IMG/VR virus record: IMGVR_UViG_3300036781_000119
Location: 7,315 to 71,314 of that record
DNA length: 64,000 nucleotides
Source of the DNA: a virus
Strand: one strand, 5' to 3'
Shown here: positions 63,901 through 64,000 of the stretch, piece by piece
How the letters are laid out: every line of letters begins with the position of its first letter
How positions within the stretch are numbered: the first letter of the stretch is position 1
Notes under the pieces: generated by a model
The model's database searches: none
Told to the model about the DNA's origin: nothing
Seen by the model: the letters and a program-made list of their open reading frames with translations, nothing else
Made by a program: the position numbers and the translations under genes

Positions 63901-64000
63901 CGGAGAGCGGGGCAAGTTCGTCGGAATCCTTTGCTTTCCACTCGGGGCCACCAAAGCGCGTCAGCCAGTGGATCAGGCATGACGTGGAGCCGGGTGCATT

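Noticed and set aside
1-64000. tRNA, integrase/att site, CI repressor, alternative genetic code
   Set aside because: None recognised by eye; core genes are intact in the standard code. tRNAscan and the sequence outside the window are needed to exclude them fully

Overview
This window is most of the genome of a high-GC tailed phage with a contractile tail. Its structural gene set is Bcep781/OP2-like: DUF1073-type portal, MuF, DUF2213-type protease, DUF2184-type capsid, DUF3383-type sheath, DUF2612 and baseplate J. The host is probably an alphaproteobacterium, inferred from GapR-like and DUF3489-like genes. Layout: (+) early cluster 1-1264; (-) ParB-DNA methyltransferase; (+) small-gene cluster 2658-7261; (-) Cro/GapR/RuvC/replication/TGT-DpdA operon 7222-13643; (+) RecT and small-gene operon 13717-20894; (-) late region 21026-63900. 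The late region is interrupted by a (+) membrane gene pair, a (+) HNH gene and a (+) 3.5-kb early-type cluster. No integrase, CI repressor, tRNA, CRISPR array or reverse transcriptase was seen. Four observations stand out. (1) The portal is fused to a C-terminal R-S-ExE ADP-ribosyltransferase behind a putative protease site, and a small acidic ORF follows it. (2) Three consecutive tailspike/fibre genes start with Sec-type signal peptides, and two of them have strictly paired cysteines. (3) One ~65-aa beta domain is inserted seven times into five different virion proteins, twice in nested form. (4) A palindromic TTATGCATAA operator, in three cases followed by a 5' hairpin, marks every early promoter. 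All family assignments come from recognising motifs by eye; no database search was run.
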